A DNA stretch of 64,000 nucleotides from Leidyana gryllorum EB-2025a (taxonomy: Eukaryota; Protista; Apicomplexa), in NCBI GenBank assembly GCA_048772705.1, contig JBLWGC010000202.1:267904-331903 (forward strand), given 5' to 3'. Shown in pieces: positions 12,216 to 23,023 of this stretch (its first letter is position 1; every line of letters starts with the position of its first letter). The notes under the pieces were generated by a model. That model did no database searches. It was not told where the DNA came from and worked only from the letters and a program-made list of their open reading frames with translations. The translations under genes and the position numbers were made by a program.

Positions 12216-14214
12216 ATGATGCGATCGCGAGGGCCTCAGGTGAGGCGAAAATCACGTCCAGAGGGCCCGCTGCTGCCCTTCGCATCCTCCGCCTCAACTG
12301 GATTCGGAGCCACCGCCGGACTACCCCCCCCAGACCTCGCGCCGTCTCCTACACCACCTGCCCTATTCGGACAATCAAAAGTACACCCTGAAGATGTTGA
12401 AAGTAGCTCAAGTGACGAATACGACCGTTGTGGCTGGATTCCATGGTTCTGCTCACTCAGAGGCCACGAAATCCTTGTGGAGGTACGCTACACGGAGGCG
12501 TGTTACATCAAATGTGTGTGTGTGTGTGTGGTGGAGTTGACCTGTCCATGTATACCATGTTGGTGATTCCCAAGGTCTCCTTCCTATGGTTGTTGTGAAT
12601 GCGATCGTGCTGTGCGAGTCTCCCCCCGTGCCGCAGCTATGTGAGCAGCAGCGGGCTCGATTTGTGATTGAAGCAAGGGACCAATGCAGAGGCACATTCG
12701 AAGAACACATTTAGCAACTAGTACCTACGGCCCTATAAGACTTCTCTTGAACTGTGCACTGCCATCGCACTGTACCGCATGAGTTGCACAATGCATCCAG
12801 CAGTTCACATGTCACTGTGCACGATGACATCACGGGGTGGCTTGCACAGTGCATGAAAGTAGGTGCAATTGCCTATGCACTGTGCACAAGCTATCATGAA
12901 AGCTTTTGCTTCGAGCAAAGTTTGAATGCAAAATGCACATAGCGTATGCACAATGCATAAGCTTTGTATGAACAAGCTACCTTTCGTACTAGCAAATTGC
13001 ACTGACTCTTGTTATCCGATGTGCATATTGCGAGAAATCCTATTGCGCGGATCACCGGATGGCAGTGCACAGAAGAGCTGAGGAGCTTGGTTGGATATGT
13101 GCACAAGACATGTGCACAAAACTCTCGTGATCAAGACTAATGGAGACCTCTATGCCGAATGTGTATTTGCAATGACCATTTGTGGGGCTGCCCTCCCTTA
13201 CTTCGCCCAAACTCGATTTCCTGCGTTCCAAGACTGTCCTGTGCTGGCTGACATTCATTGTTCTGCAGGTAGACAACGAGTTCATCCAGGACGGTTTCAA
13301 CTTATATGGGCTGAAAGCTCGGTTTACAAGATATGATAAGGCTCTGCAAATGTTGCTGTCGAAAGCACCTCACCAAGACGGTGAGTATGGTCCGCTGAAG
13401 GCGTATCAGTTACATGAAGGATTAGATTTTCGGCGACCCGATGTCCTCGAGATCTATCAGCAAGCCACTGATTTGTACGGGCTCATACATGCTCGATACA
13501 TTATAACGCCGAAAGGGCTTCTCAGGATGGTATGTTGAGTGTCTCTATGAGGCGTGCCGATATCTCCCTGATCTAACAGAGACAAAAGTACTTGGAGGAA
13601 GCGTTTGGGCGGTGCCCCAGGGTGCTGTGCGACGGGTGCCCGATGCTTCCAGTTGGGCTCACTGAAGATTTACGCCAGCATCGTGTGCGCGGTTACTGCC
13701 CAAAGTGTCAAGAAACGTATGTACCGCGTTCGTGCGGAGTAAAGTCTGCAACGCGCGGACGACCTTCGTCCTCGGCTTATCGATATGAGTTGGACGTGGA
13801 TGATGAGGAGGGCGAAGAGGAAGGTTATTCCAGTGAGGATCTGGAGTCCAGCTCCGAAGGTGATATGCATGTAGCTGATATCGACGGGGCTTTCTTCGGG
13901 CCCTCCTTTCCCCACGCTTTTCTTCTACAATTCACCCAGTTGGTGAGTGCGGTAGCCAAGTGGGAGCTGCTTTCGGCAAATTCATGTGGCAGATCCCGAA
14001 GTACCCTCCAATGTACTATGAACCCAAGATCTATGGTTTCCGAATATTCGGGGTTCGGTCGTTGATTCAAGCGAAACTGGAGCTGGTGCGTTCTATCTGC
14101 CTTTTCCTCCGCTGTAGACGTGATATTTTGCTTCTTAATTGGCAGGGTGAGTATGGCAAAGCCTTTAGGAAGAACAGCCAAAGAGAGACCAGTGCATTAC
14201 CGAACCAGACATAA
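12216..14214 (+). CDS. CSNK2B: Casein kinase II regulatory subunit beta
   Basis: WIPWFCSLRGHEILVE|VDNEFIQDGFNLYGL, LYGLIHARYI, zinc finger FGRCPRVLC...CPKC, DGAFFGPSFPH, YEPKIYGFRI. Introns at 12483..13268, 13381..13425, 13530..13579, 13943..13992 and 14086..14145. Confidence 0.96.
12750..13175. promoter_or_regulatory. TGCA/GTGCAC motif cluster inside CK2beta intron 1 (putative regulatory element)
   Basis: About 19 TGCA tetramers (6 as GTGCAC) counted by eye in about 425 nt, versus about 2 expected by chance. The function is inferred. Confidence 0.4.
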
Positions 14215-14359
14215 GACCTGCTCGGTAAACTCCCCCTCATACAAGACAGCTCTCTCAATGAATGAAAGAACTAACGAGTGTAGTGTAGTGTGTTCTGTCT
14301 TCCATAAAAATTTTGGAGCTCTTTTCCAGTACGCTTTGTGGAGCGGTCCAGTAGTCAAG

Positions 14360-14842
14360 ATGCCGTACCAGTGCAAGGAGGTTCGTGACTTTGTCACCAA
14401 ACTCATGGACAAGACCCAGGACCGGAAGCGGAGTAAGCCTTGCCATTCAACGTCTTTTTCGTCATTTTGTAATCAGCTGTGGTGATCCTGCAAAAGACTG
14501 TTGGTTCCAAGACCATCACCAAATTCAAGGTCAAGACCAACGGCGGTTTGTACACTTTGGTTGTCCCTGATCGTTCCAAGGCCGTCAGACTCGAGAAAGC
14601 ACTCCCCGTCCGTAAGTTCTTCGGCTGCTGTATAGCCGCACACGCGTGTGTGCTTGGTATTTGTATGGTGTGACCGGATAGAGGGCGGTCGGTTCACTTA
14701 CGATGGGCCCTACGCCGTGTATCATTGCGTGTTGCGAATTTGTGTGATTGTTGTTGCGACTGCGCGAATCGAATCTTCGTCTTGTGCAGACTGCGAGAAG
14801 AAGCATATCGGTCGGGTTCCCAGCAAGAAGCAGAAGCTGTGA
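14360..14842 (+). CDS. RPL38: 60S ribosomal protein L38 (eL38), 86 aa, 3 exons
   Basis: MPYQCKEVRDFVTKL...TKFKVKTNGGLYTLVVPDRSKAVRLEKALP matches the eL38 pattern (KFKVR..YLYTL...KA.KL.QSLP). Introns at 14433..14476 and 14612..14789 keep the frame to TGA 14842. Confidence 0.93.
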
Positions 14843-14928
14843 AGAGCTTTCTGATTTACGTAGACCGGCTCCCACCACAGATCATTCACGAACCGAACTT
14901 TCATCGACAAAAACGCATCTTTGACAGC

Positions 14929-17697
14929 TCATGAGGGTTCTATCCATTCGACTCCATTATTGAAAAGGTTGCTGGAGCTGTGATGTGGTACCAAGATAGT
15001 GCTCACTTCACAGCGTCCAGGGAACCCATTGTACTCACTTAAATACCATCCCATCTCGGCTACCTCGGGGGCCGGTGGAGGCGTGGCCCCTTGGTTCTCA
15101 TAGGCCCAGTGAGGTCCGATCGCCAATCGTCCGCGATCTTTCTGATGCCAAATCCACCAGCTGGTGGGGCTGACGACCGCGCTCTCGGTAGTCTGCATGA
15201 GTGGGAAGCCCACATTGGTGATTCGGTAGGCCTCAAGGCTGCGATACCAAACGGCGAACTGCTCTAATTGTGGTCTGGGTAGTAGTCCCAGAGGGGTGTA
15301 TACATCAACATGTCGTCTGCTGATTCTCTGAGCTTGATGATGATACCTGCTGAGTGCGAGGAGGGAGACGTTGCCCTTCATGAGGCCCACCATGGCCCCC
15401 CGCAACCATACGTCTGGGAAGTAGGAGACGTAGGTGAAGGTGATTTTGAGCTTGAGTCCAGTCGCATTCAAAGCGTCCAGCCAGAATTCGATGGCTTTGA
15501 GAATGGTAAGAGGTCCGGCGACGCAATCGACAACGATATCTGTGATCTCTTGCCGTTCGATGAGTCCGTGAAGTTGGCAGTGTCGTGAATTATCGGCGAG
15601 CATACTGAAGGAGAGTCCGCGCAGTATGCGAACGGTGGGATTCCAGAGGACATGACGATTTGTATAGGGTACGAGTTCGTCGACTTCGAGCCAGGCGGCC
15701 AGATCTAACTCTGCGGTTTGAACACTTCGCTGCCGTATAGCCCAGGCCACAAGCTCGGGGTCTGATGACTCTATCAATGCTAAGTGTCTGAGTTTGGGCA
15801 GATTGGCGATAGTTGGTGTGCTGACCACTCTGGTGAGTTTCAGAATCTCGATGGAGGGCTGGCAGAGTTGAGAGATGAATTTGAGCCAAGAAGGTCTCAA
15901 CTGCGGATGTTCGGTGACATAGTTGGTGCATTCTTCCTCCCAGCCGATCAGAGGGAGTACGAATATGTGTGGACACATATTCAGAATGCTGGGGGCTTGT
16001 GTGATCGTTTGGATCATTCCCTCGCTGGCAACCCCGACGAAAGGCGGTCCCAAACGAGCAAATATATGCTTTATATCTGATGGACAATTTTCAATATCCC
16101 GATGGTAAAGGTACTCCAGGAATCGGTGGTGCCTAAGAGCGACCACCGAAGGTATCTCTTCCCACCCATCGCGAGCACAGAGCCAACTGTCGTTACCCCC
16201 GGTCGCGAGATCCTCCCACAAAGCCTCAAAGTAGGGGTCACTCTCCCGGAACCCGTATCTTCCCAACATTGGAATATCGCCCCAGAAGAGCGCTTCGGGT
16301 CCCCTCAGTCGCAGCTCCAGAGCTAAGGTGCTGGATTCGAACTCGTCCATCTCCTCGGCCAGTATCACCAAATGGCGTAGATGTGTGTGTGACTCACTCT
16401 TCTGCGGCCCATTGTTCGTCCAATGCGGGTAACAGTCACACTTGCCGTCTATGCCCACCGTGTTGATCAGGACGACATGACACTTGGGATGTCCCATGAC
16501 AATGCGTGTGGCAGGTGGTGGTGCGTTCAGTTCGGCCAGCCCAGAACACAAGGCACTCCACAGGGGCGGAGGCATAGGCCTTTCGAGATACAACGTGTGG
16601 GCTGTCTTGACACTTCGCTTGGCGGCCGCAAGGAACCACTCTTGTGCGCTCAGTGCGGGGAGGTACCATGATGTTCCAGCACGGTCTAAGAGCAAAGAGT
16701 GCCAGACAAAGTACGATTCTAAGGCTCTGTGAACACTTTTATTCAATTTCCGGTATCGTGCCAATTCTGGAATGGTCAAAAATGCTAAGATCTCACACAA
16801 AAGCAGAGGTAATGAGCCTGAGAAAAGTTGTTTCTGAGCGCTCACTCTCGGTGCTGCTGTCGTTGAGGTCTCCTTGTGTGGCAATTTTGTCGTCTTTGGT
16901 CGAGGTGGTGGCAGGGCATATCCCCTGCTGACCACAGGCTTCGTTTTGAATACTGGTGTGGCAAAGCTCTCGATTGAGATGGGCGATTGCGCTCTTTTGG
17001 GCGACGCTCTGACCGCCGACGGATGAGGAGGCATCGCGTCTCGCTGCAGCAAAGCTTCATATCTTTCATGGGTCAGTTTCTGACCCCCGGAGATCAGATC
17101 TTCTGCTTCTCCCACACTCTTTATTCCCTTCGACTTTTGGGAACCCGATGGCAAAGGACTATTTGGCGACAACGGCTGGGGTCGACTGCGCTTCGAATAT
17201 GCATTGGGCGGGACCAGCAATCGGTCGTCAATGTTGGGAAAGAATCGCACTGGAGCTTTATTTGGAGGCATTGTGACAATTATACATGGCAGACTTTGCT
17301 GTAACCCCGTCACTCCCACCCCCCCCTTCACTCGGACCTCAGTCAGGCGTCTGTTTCCATCACTGGTCTCCTCCACGCTTCGGACACCGGACACCGAGGG
17401 GTGCTGTCGACGCGAACTCCTCTCCACGAGCGCTGGTTGCGATTTGGGCCCAACACTCGTCACTAACTGGTGGTCGTCGTCGTCGCGTATCTCGATCACA
17501 GAGTCTGTCGTGGACTCCGTCTCTGTCAACACCCGCGGCAGGTGACGTTTCACCAGGTGCCTCGAAGCTTCGGCAGCCATTGGCTTTGGTGTTGACCAGT
17601 TGCTGCTGCTGGTCATCACTCGTCCCGGCTGATGATACACAGAAGTGGCTGGAAACCCGTCAGTCCAATGACGATCAGTGGAAAACACGTTCGGCAA
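14929..17697 (-). CDS. F-box protein (922-aa ORF) with disordered N-terminus and family-specific C-terminal domain
   Basis: F-box-like LPLLLCEILAFLTIPELARYRKLNKSVHRAL. The C-terminus (LRHLALI...ITDIVVD...LKITFTY...TPLGLL) aligns by eye with that of the 23024..25087 protein. Confidence 0.7.
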   Translation of the reverse strand: MPNVFSTDRHWTDGFPATSVYHQPGRVMTSSSNWSTPKPMAAEASRHLVKRHLPRVLTETESTTDSVIEIRDDDDHQLVTSVGPKSQPALVERSSRRQHPSVSGVRSVEETSDGNRRLTEVRVKGGVGVTGLQQSLPCIIVTMPPNKAPVRFFPNIDDRLLVPPNAYSKRSRPQPLSPNSPLPSGSQKSKGIKSVGEAEDLISGGQKLTHERYEALLQRDAMPPHPSAVRASPKRAQSPISIESFATPVFKTKPVVSRGYALPPPRPKTTKLPHKETSTTAAPRVSAQKQLFSGSLPLLLCEILAFLTIPELARYRKLNKSVHRALESYFVWHSLLLDRAGTSWYLPALSAQEWFLAAAKRSVKTAHTLYLERPMPPPLWSALCSGLAELNAPPPATRIVMGHPKCHVVLINTVGIDGKCDCYPHWTNNGPQKSESHTHLRHLVILAEEMDEFESSTLALELRLRGPEALFWGDIPMLGRYGFRESDPYFEALWEDLATGGNDSWLCARDGWEEIPSVVALRHHRFLEYLYHRDIENCPSDIKHIFARLGPPFVGVASEGMIQTITQAPSILNMCPHIFVLPLIGWEEECTNYVTEHPQLRPSWLKFISQLCQPSIEILKLTRVVSTPTIANLPKLRHLALIESSDPELVAWAIRQRSVQTAELDLAAWLEVDELVPYTNRHVLWNPTVRILRGLSFSMLADNSRHCQLHGLIERQEITDIVVDCVAGPLTILKAIEFWLDALNATGLKLKITFTYVSYFPDVWLRGAMVGLMKGNVSLLALSRYHHQAQRISRRHVDVYTPLGLLPRPQLEQFAVWYRSLEAYRITNVGFPLMQTTESAVVSPTSWWIWHQKDRGRLAIGPHWAYENQGATPPPAPEVAEMGWYLSEYNGFPGRCEVSTILVPHHSSSNLFNNGVEWIEPS

Positions 17698-17987
17698 TGC
17701 GAGAATTGATGTATTTGGCGGGAATACTCCGCCCGTCTCTCACACAACCTCACTGGATGAATGTGCGGTCCAAAAACACCACAGCCAGCCAGACAACAAA
17801 TCAATCTTCTCCCCTAGCGCTATTCGGCCAATTAATAGGAGGCTGCGGTGCTGTCAACTCGAGGGTCGGTGTCAATCCGCCGATCTACGAAAGAAAACTC
17901 TTCCCCAGGGTTGACACACTATAAAGAGGACAGTGACACATTAAGAATCAATCCTTCTTATCATTAGCAAAAAAGTGAGTTGCGCCT

Positions 17988-19343
17988 ATGGAGTGTTCGT
18001 CAACGTCGGAGCCCATCGAGCCTCAGCCTCCGGTAGCCGGGGGCGACCTGAGTACTCATGAAGGCGTGTTTTCGGGGGTTGTCAGCACGGAAATGTCTGC
18101 ATCACCCCCGAATATGAGCCCGCCTGTACCCTCCCCAGCCGTTCCGCGGGACTTCAAGTCCCTGATGGAACAGCATTTCAAACGGATAACAGATTTGAGC
18201 GAGGAATTGCGCACCTGTGCGGCGCGGGGGGTGCCACACTCGGATCGAAAATCACTCGACGCAGAAATACGCAACCTGCAACGAGGGTATCTGGATGCCA
18301 GCCACCTGCCCGCTCTCATGAGCGAGGTGGCCGACATCAGCCAAACCCATCGATTCCAAGTCCGAGTCTTGAGATTGACTTTGGACAAGGATGTCGTCCT
18401 GAACAACACAGTCAAGCTGGAAGTGACTGAGCCCGTCAAATTTCTTAATCACAGCATCACGTGCAAACATGGACTCGACTTGGGCTGTAAGAAGTCAATA
18501 CACATTGCCTGTCTAGTGCTATCGTAGGAGAAAATCACTCTTCAGTGCGAGGCTTTGTGTAACACCGGCTCAATAATTGCTAAGAACATTCGAGTCAACG
18601 CGCGTCAGGAGGTTCGGAACCTTGGACCGGCGCTCTTGTTAGCCGAAAATGTCATCATCAGTGCCCAGCACGTACTCAACGGGGCAGACGAGTGCCGTGA
18701 GCTCGCGAACGCAGCCCCCAACTACAGTTTCCCCCGGATAATTGCGGTCGGCAGTGAAAAGCCAATGAGTTTAGAGGTCCGAACAGAGGAATTAATCCAA
18801 GTTGGCGGAGTGTTGGGATCCAAGAATACACTCTCCGTACGTCTTCACCCGCAGGCATTGAAAGGGGTAAAGCTGCGCATATTACAGCGAGGATGGGTTG
18901 TCGCCATGCAAGACATCACCTCCGACGTCGTCGAGATACACTGCCGTGGACTCACCGCCACCAGACCGTACCCCTGGCACCATGCCGCTCAACGGCAACC
19001 TTCGGCCCACGACTGCTACGAAGAACCTGTAGTGCAAGAGGTGTATAATGTATACGGGGGCGAATACGGCGGCAGGACAGAGACCGACTGGTATGAGAGC
19101 GTCTGTGACTGCGGTTTGATCCCGGAAGAGCACAAACGACGAGGACTCGTGATGCCTGGCGGACGGATCGCGCACAGTTTCCTCATCTTGAGAAGAAGTT
19201 GGCGCACAGGCAAATGGCTGGACACTGTGCCAACGGAACCCAATCGTCTCTGCGGCATCACCAGTATCAATGGCAGCATGGAAACGCTGACGAAGGCACG
19301 ACACGGAAAGGAGAAGGCAACAGTCTCCGACCACTACGGTTGA
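17988..19343 (+). pseudogene. Disrupted gene with filamentous-haemagglutinin/CdiA-like beta-helix repeats
   Basis: ORFs 17988..18527 and 18555..19343 share a frame and are separated by one TAG (18525-18527). Repeat pattern: ITLQCEALCNTGSIIAKNIRVNARQEVRNLGPALLLAENVIISAQHVLNG...LEVRTEELIQVGGVLGSKNTLSV. Confidence 0.5.
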
Positions 19344-19719
19344 GAACCGATATGCGAGGCCTAAAGCTAAAAATTCGGCACGACTGAACGTCGGTCACAT
19401 GCCTCAGCTTAGTACGTGGATTGAACGGACTCCGCGTACAAGAATGGCTACACAGCCGAGGGACGCTTGAGGGGAAGGCATGTTGAGAGAAATCGTCTAA
19501 CGTATAAAAAGGTGTTAAGATTAGATGTATATGATGAACATGCGTTAGAGAGTAACTCATTCAGGTTAGAGACAAGAGCTAAGTAGATCCAGTCAACATC
19601 CTTGGATGCGGGGTTTTCCGCACTTCAACGATTTTGATTGTAGTTATTCGGTTTTCGCAACCATCACTGTTTCTCCTCAAACTAGTGATACAAAAAATTG
19701 AACACACAGAAGTGGCGAA

Positions 19720-20150
19720 ATGGGCCGTGGACTAGTCGTTTGCATCCCGTTCAAAACTCCTCCGGAAGTGGGGCACGGGTCTTATCATTGGGGTCGGCGG
19801 CTCCTCCGTCTCTGGGAGCACCAGTTCACCAATGGTGAATGTGGACCGCTCCCGCGCGAAGAGGCTTCCGTCGCCTCCGCTTCCGGAGCTAACAGCCTCG
19901 GCACCATCGCTTTACCCGCGAGGGTAAGCAGCAGAGGAAGTAGGCCACCACCCTGGCACGGTGAAGTTGGCCGTGAGATACCTCCTCACGCTTACTCGCA
20001 GGCTCCGGCTTGCGCGTGAAGAACTTTTTGTTAGTGAACCTTCGAGATAGCGCTCTTCATAGAAGATTGCACCAAAACTCAGATTCACTCGATTAACCTT
20101 CAATTGTTCTTCAGTAAACGCTCGGACTTGGGAGCGTCAGTAACGATTTG
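19720..20150 (+). pseudogene. Possible highly decayed F-box-family fragment
   Basis: Fragments PGTVKLAVRYLLTL and IAPKLRF loosely parallel PGTRNWSMNLLFKL and EAPKLCC of the 31489 protein. Several stops. Confidence 0.25.
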
Positions 20151-20865
20151 CCAATCGCCCAGAGACTCATCCGTCTTCATCGCGCTCTCTGCAGAGGGAG
20201 TGTGGCAGAAGGGGGGATGTTCCGCAATATCTTCAACTCGACGCTGAGCGCATTGTAGAAATTCCGAGCTTCAAAAAATATTCTCCCTTTTGAGTCACTG
20301 TCGTTAGGTCGCCTGAACTTATCAGTTCCGGTCCCTTTTTAGATCTTCATTCCATTCGCCCACGAAAGACTCGACGAATGATGGATGTCTCTACACACCT
20401 TCCGTATCGTAAGCCAGCCGCCGCCACCACCGCCTGATGAAGGCGACTAGACACATAGGCCCTTTGTTTAGCCAAAGTGTGGTCTTCAACAAAAGTTGAC
20501 GGGTCACATCATCAGCCTACGGATACGGAACGCAATTTTGACAACCGGTCGAAGTGTTGTGACGTCACTCCGATCTCTCACCTAAGCACATCCAAAGGAT
20601 GTGGAGCGTTGAGCTCGATGTCGGCCGACTTGATGTTGCGGAACAGCGGAGTGTATGGTGTCGTACGTGTCAGGAAAGGAAAGCTGTAAAGTCATAAACA
20701 TCCAGCCAATAGCTACAAACAGTATATTCGAGATGGTTGTGAAGTCGCGATCCATCATAGGCGATGCGAGATACGGTTGGTCAAATTCGGCCTTGTTGGG
20801 ACAGTGTATACTCACTCAGTCGGTCCAAAAAGTACACAACGTTGCGACATGGCGTGCTCTGGTCC

Positions 20866-22600
20866 ATGGATTTGTTACATCGGACAATAATTCTTAGCGT
20901 TCCATCATTAGGGCAGAACCCAATACACAACAAGAACGATGGGAGCATTGTAGGAAGCCAACTAGTCCGACGCAGAGAGGCCTTACCGCCTCTGTGCCAC
21001 TTTGGAGTGCCACACGGACGCTACGCCGCTCTCGGAGGCAGCTAGGCTCGAAGGGATGCCACGCACACACAGACGTGAACTCGGCGTTTTCGTTGTGTGC
21101 CAAATAGACCTCATGACTGCTACTCGCTCAGCTTCCCGCGTTTCATTGGAGACCCGGTCCGTAGACTGGAACGTGAACGGGGTGTGGCAATTCACTCACC
21201 GAACATCGTCCGCCTCATCTAACACGTTGCTCTTGTGCTGTCCAGTGGTGCACGCTGGGGGTTGAGGTCGGCTGGGCTTCGGCGGCTTCTGGTCTTTCAA
21301 GGGACCCTCTGTCGTTGTGGCGATCGATGAAGTGCAGGAACGCCTGACACACTGCGTTCCATCGTCTGTCCCGACCAGATGTACAGCACTCCAGTCTGCT
21401 GTAATGCTTGCGCCTCGAGGCTGATCCAAAATAAACACGGCTCGATGGTCCCGCCTAATGATGGCACTCCCACGTTTGTAGAAAATTCTTGGCTGTGGCC
21501 CTGTCGCGTACAGCTACTGTTTCGCTCACGTCCAGACAGTGCCAATCGGAGTCGGAATGCCGTTATCTTGCCGCCCTCGGCACACCGTCGACAGGGTCTC
21601 TCGCTATGCTATGAAATTGGCGGGCGCTGGTATGGACGTTTGGACCTTCTACGTTCCCTACGGCTTTGCGGCGGGTTCAGATCTGGCGCTATGCCTTCAC
21701 GCCCAACGGAATGACTCACCGAAGGCGATGACTTCCGATGGAGAGGTTCCAAATCTAATACTTCGGTGTCACCGGAAGCTCCGAGCATCGCGAAGTTGGC
21801 TGGCTGGCTTTTGGATAAGCACTCTATTTTGCGACCGAGAGGCTTTCGGGTCCGTTTCGACATTCAATCTGCACTGCTGCTGCAGTATCCGTGCCTCAGG
21901 TACAATTGAATCTCGTCTCGGGTGTCTATACCGATGCCACTCACGGAGCTGTGCTGACATACATAGTGTTTGTCCCGAGAGATCGGTCTGTGCCTGAAGG
22001 CTCAGGCTGCCGGCGAGCCGGAACAAAGGAGAGAGCTGCGAGAAAGAAGTGTCACTTTGTCGCAACCCTTCTTTCAAATACTCGTTACTACAGCGGTCCA
22101 AAGGTCTGTGGCAGTCAGTGATACCCTAAAATGTTGGATTGGGCATCAGGAGATGCTCACACGCTATTTGCACAATCGGTGATGTTACCGGCTGTCTGTT
22201 CCCCAGCAATATACTAAGAGGTTTTCCCTCAAAGGCAGAAGATGTCCAGGGCCCCCGAACACTGCCTTCGGGGCTTTTACATTGTACGAGTCAGTTTGTG
22301 GTCAAGCTGGAAACAACCTTTATAGGGTTTCCAAGTCGACGGCCATTACGCTCATCGCTGTAGACAGAGTGGCAGTCCGTCTTTATGAGCTGTACGATTG
22401 GATCAAATTACGACAACGACGTCAAGTGTAGTCAAAAGTAATGCAAATTTTCACCACATTGGACTCCCGGAAGCGGGAACACCGGACAGTCGACCGTGAA
22501 GTTCTGAGCTCTGATGGATTCAATCGCCAATCAGCGATGGAAATGGTTGCTGCCCCAAACTGCCTTAGAGTACTGCGTTGACGAGGCTCGAAACCTCAAT
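20866..22600 (+). pseudogene. Decayed paralogue of the F-box family
   Basis: An exact 15-mer TGTGCCACTTTGGAG (20993..21007) is shared with 33643..33657 (CATLE motif). About 21760-22600 is clearly similar at nucleotide level to about 26620-27550, with many frameshifts and stops. Confidence 0.75.
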
Positions 22601-23023
22601 ACGTCAAATACGGCGATTCTTGGCTCTATACAAAGTCAGCTCACATCTCTGGTTGCGTCATATTTGCACAAGAGCTGCAAGGCATCTATTCAAAAGGACG
22701 TGCGTGTGTGCCGGCGGTAGGTCGCAAAGTGCGTACGGTAAAAATCCTTATGCCCCAAAGGTGTGCAGGCCGGGTACTAAACTGCGCAAAACACCTTATC
22801 ATTCACTATACCGGCCAATATTGATGTCAGCACTAAGTGCGTGCGCGTGTGCGAGACACACGGCCACACAGGGCGCGAGCTACAGCGGGCCCCCCATAGT
22901 GGTGTCTGGGACTTTGTACACCACTTTAGGGGTTCGACGCACTCGTGTGAACAGGGTCAAGAGAATAGATTGGACCCTTTTCCCGCGCCATTGGCACTTC
23001 ATTGGATTGCAGTTGACTTGAGG

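Noticed and set aside
18487-18527. Intron removing the TAG in the haemagglutinin-like gene
   Set aside because: The GTAAGA donor at 18487 is phase 1 and gives stops or a frameshift with the nearby acceptors. A 105-nt intron from 18423 is possible but has a weak donor and would remove repeat-like coding sequence.
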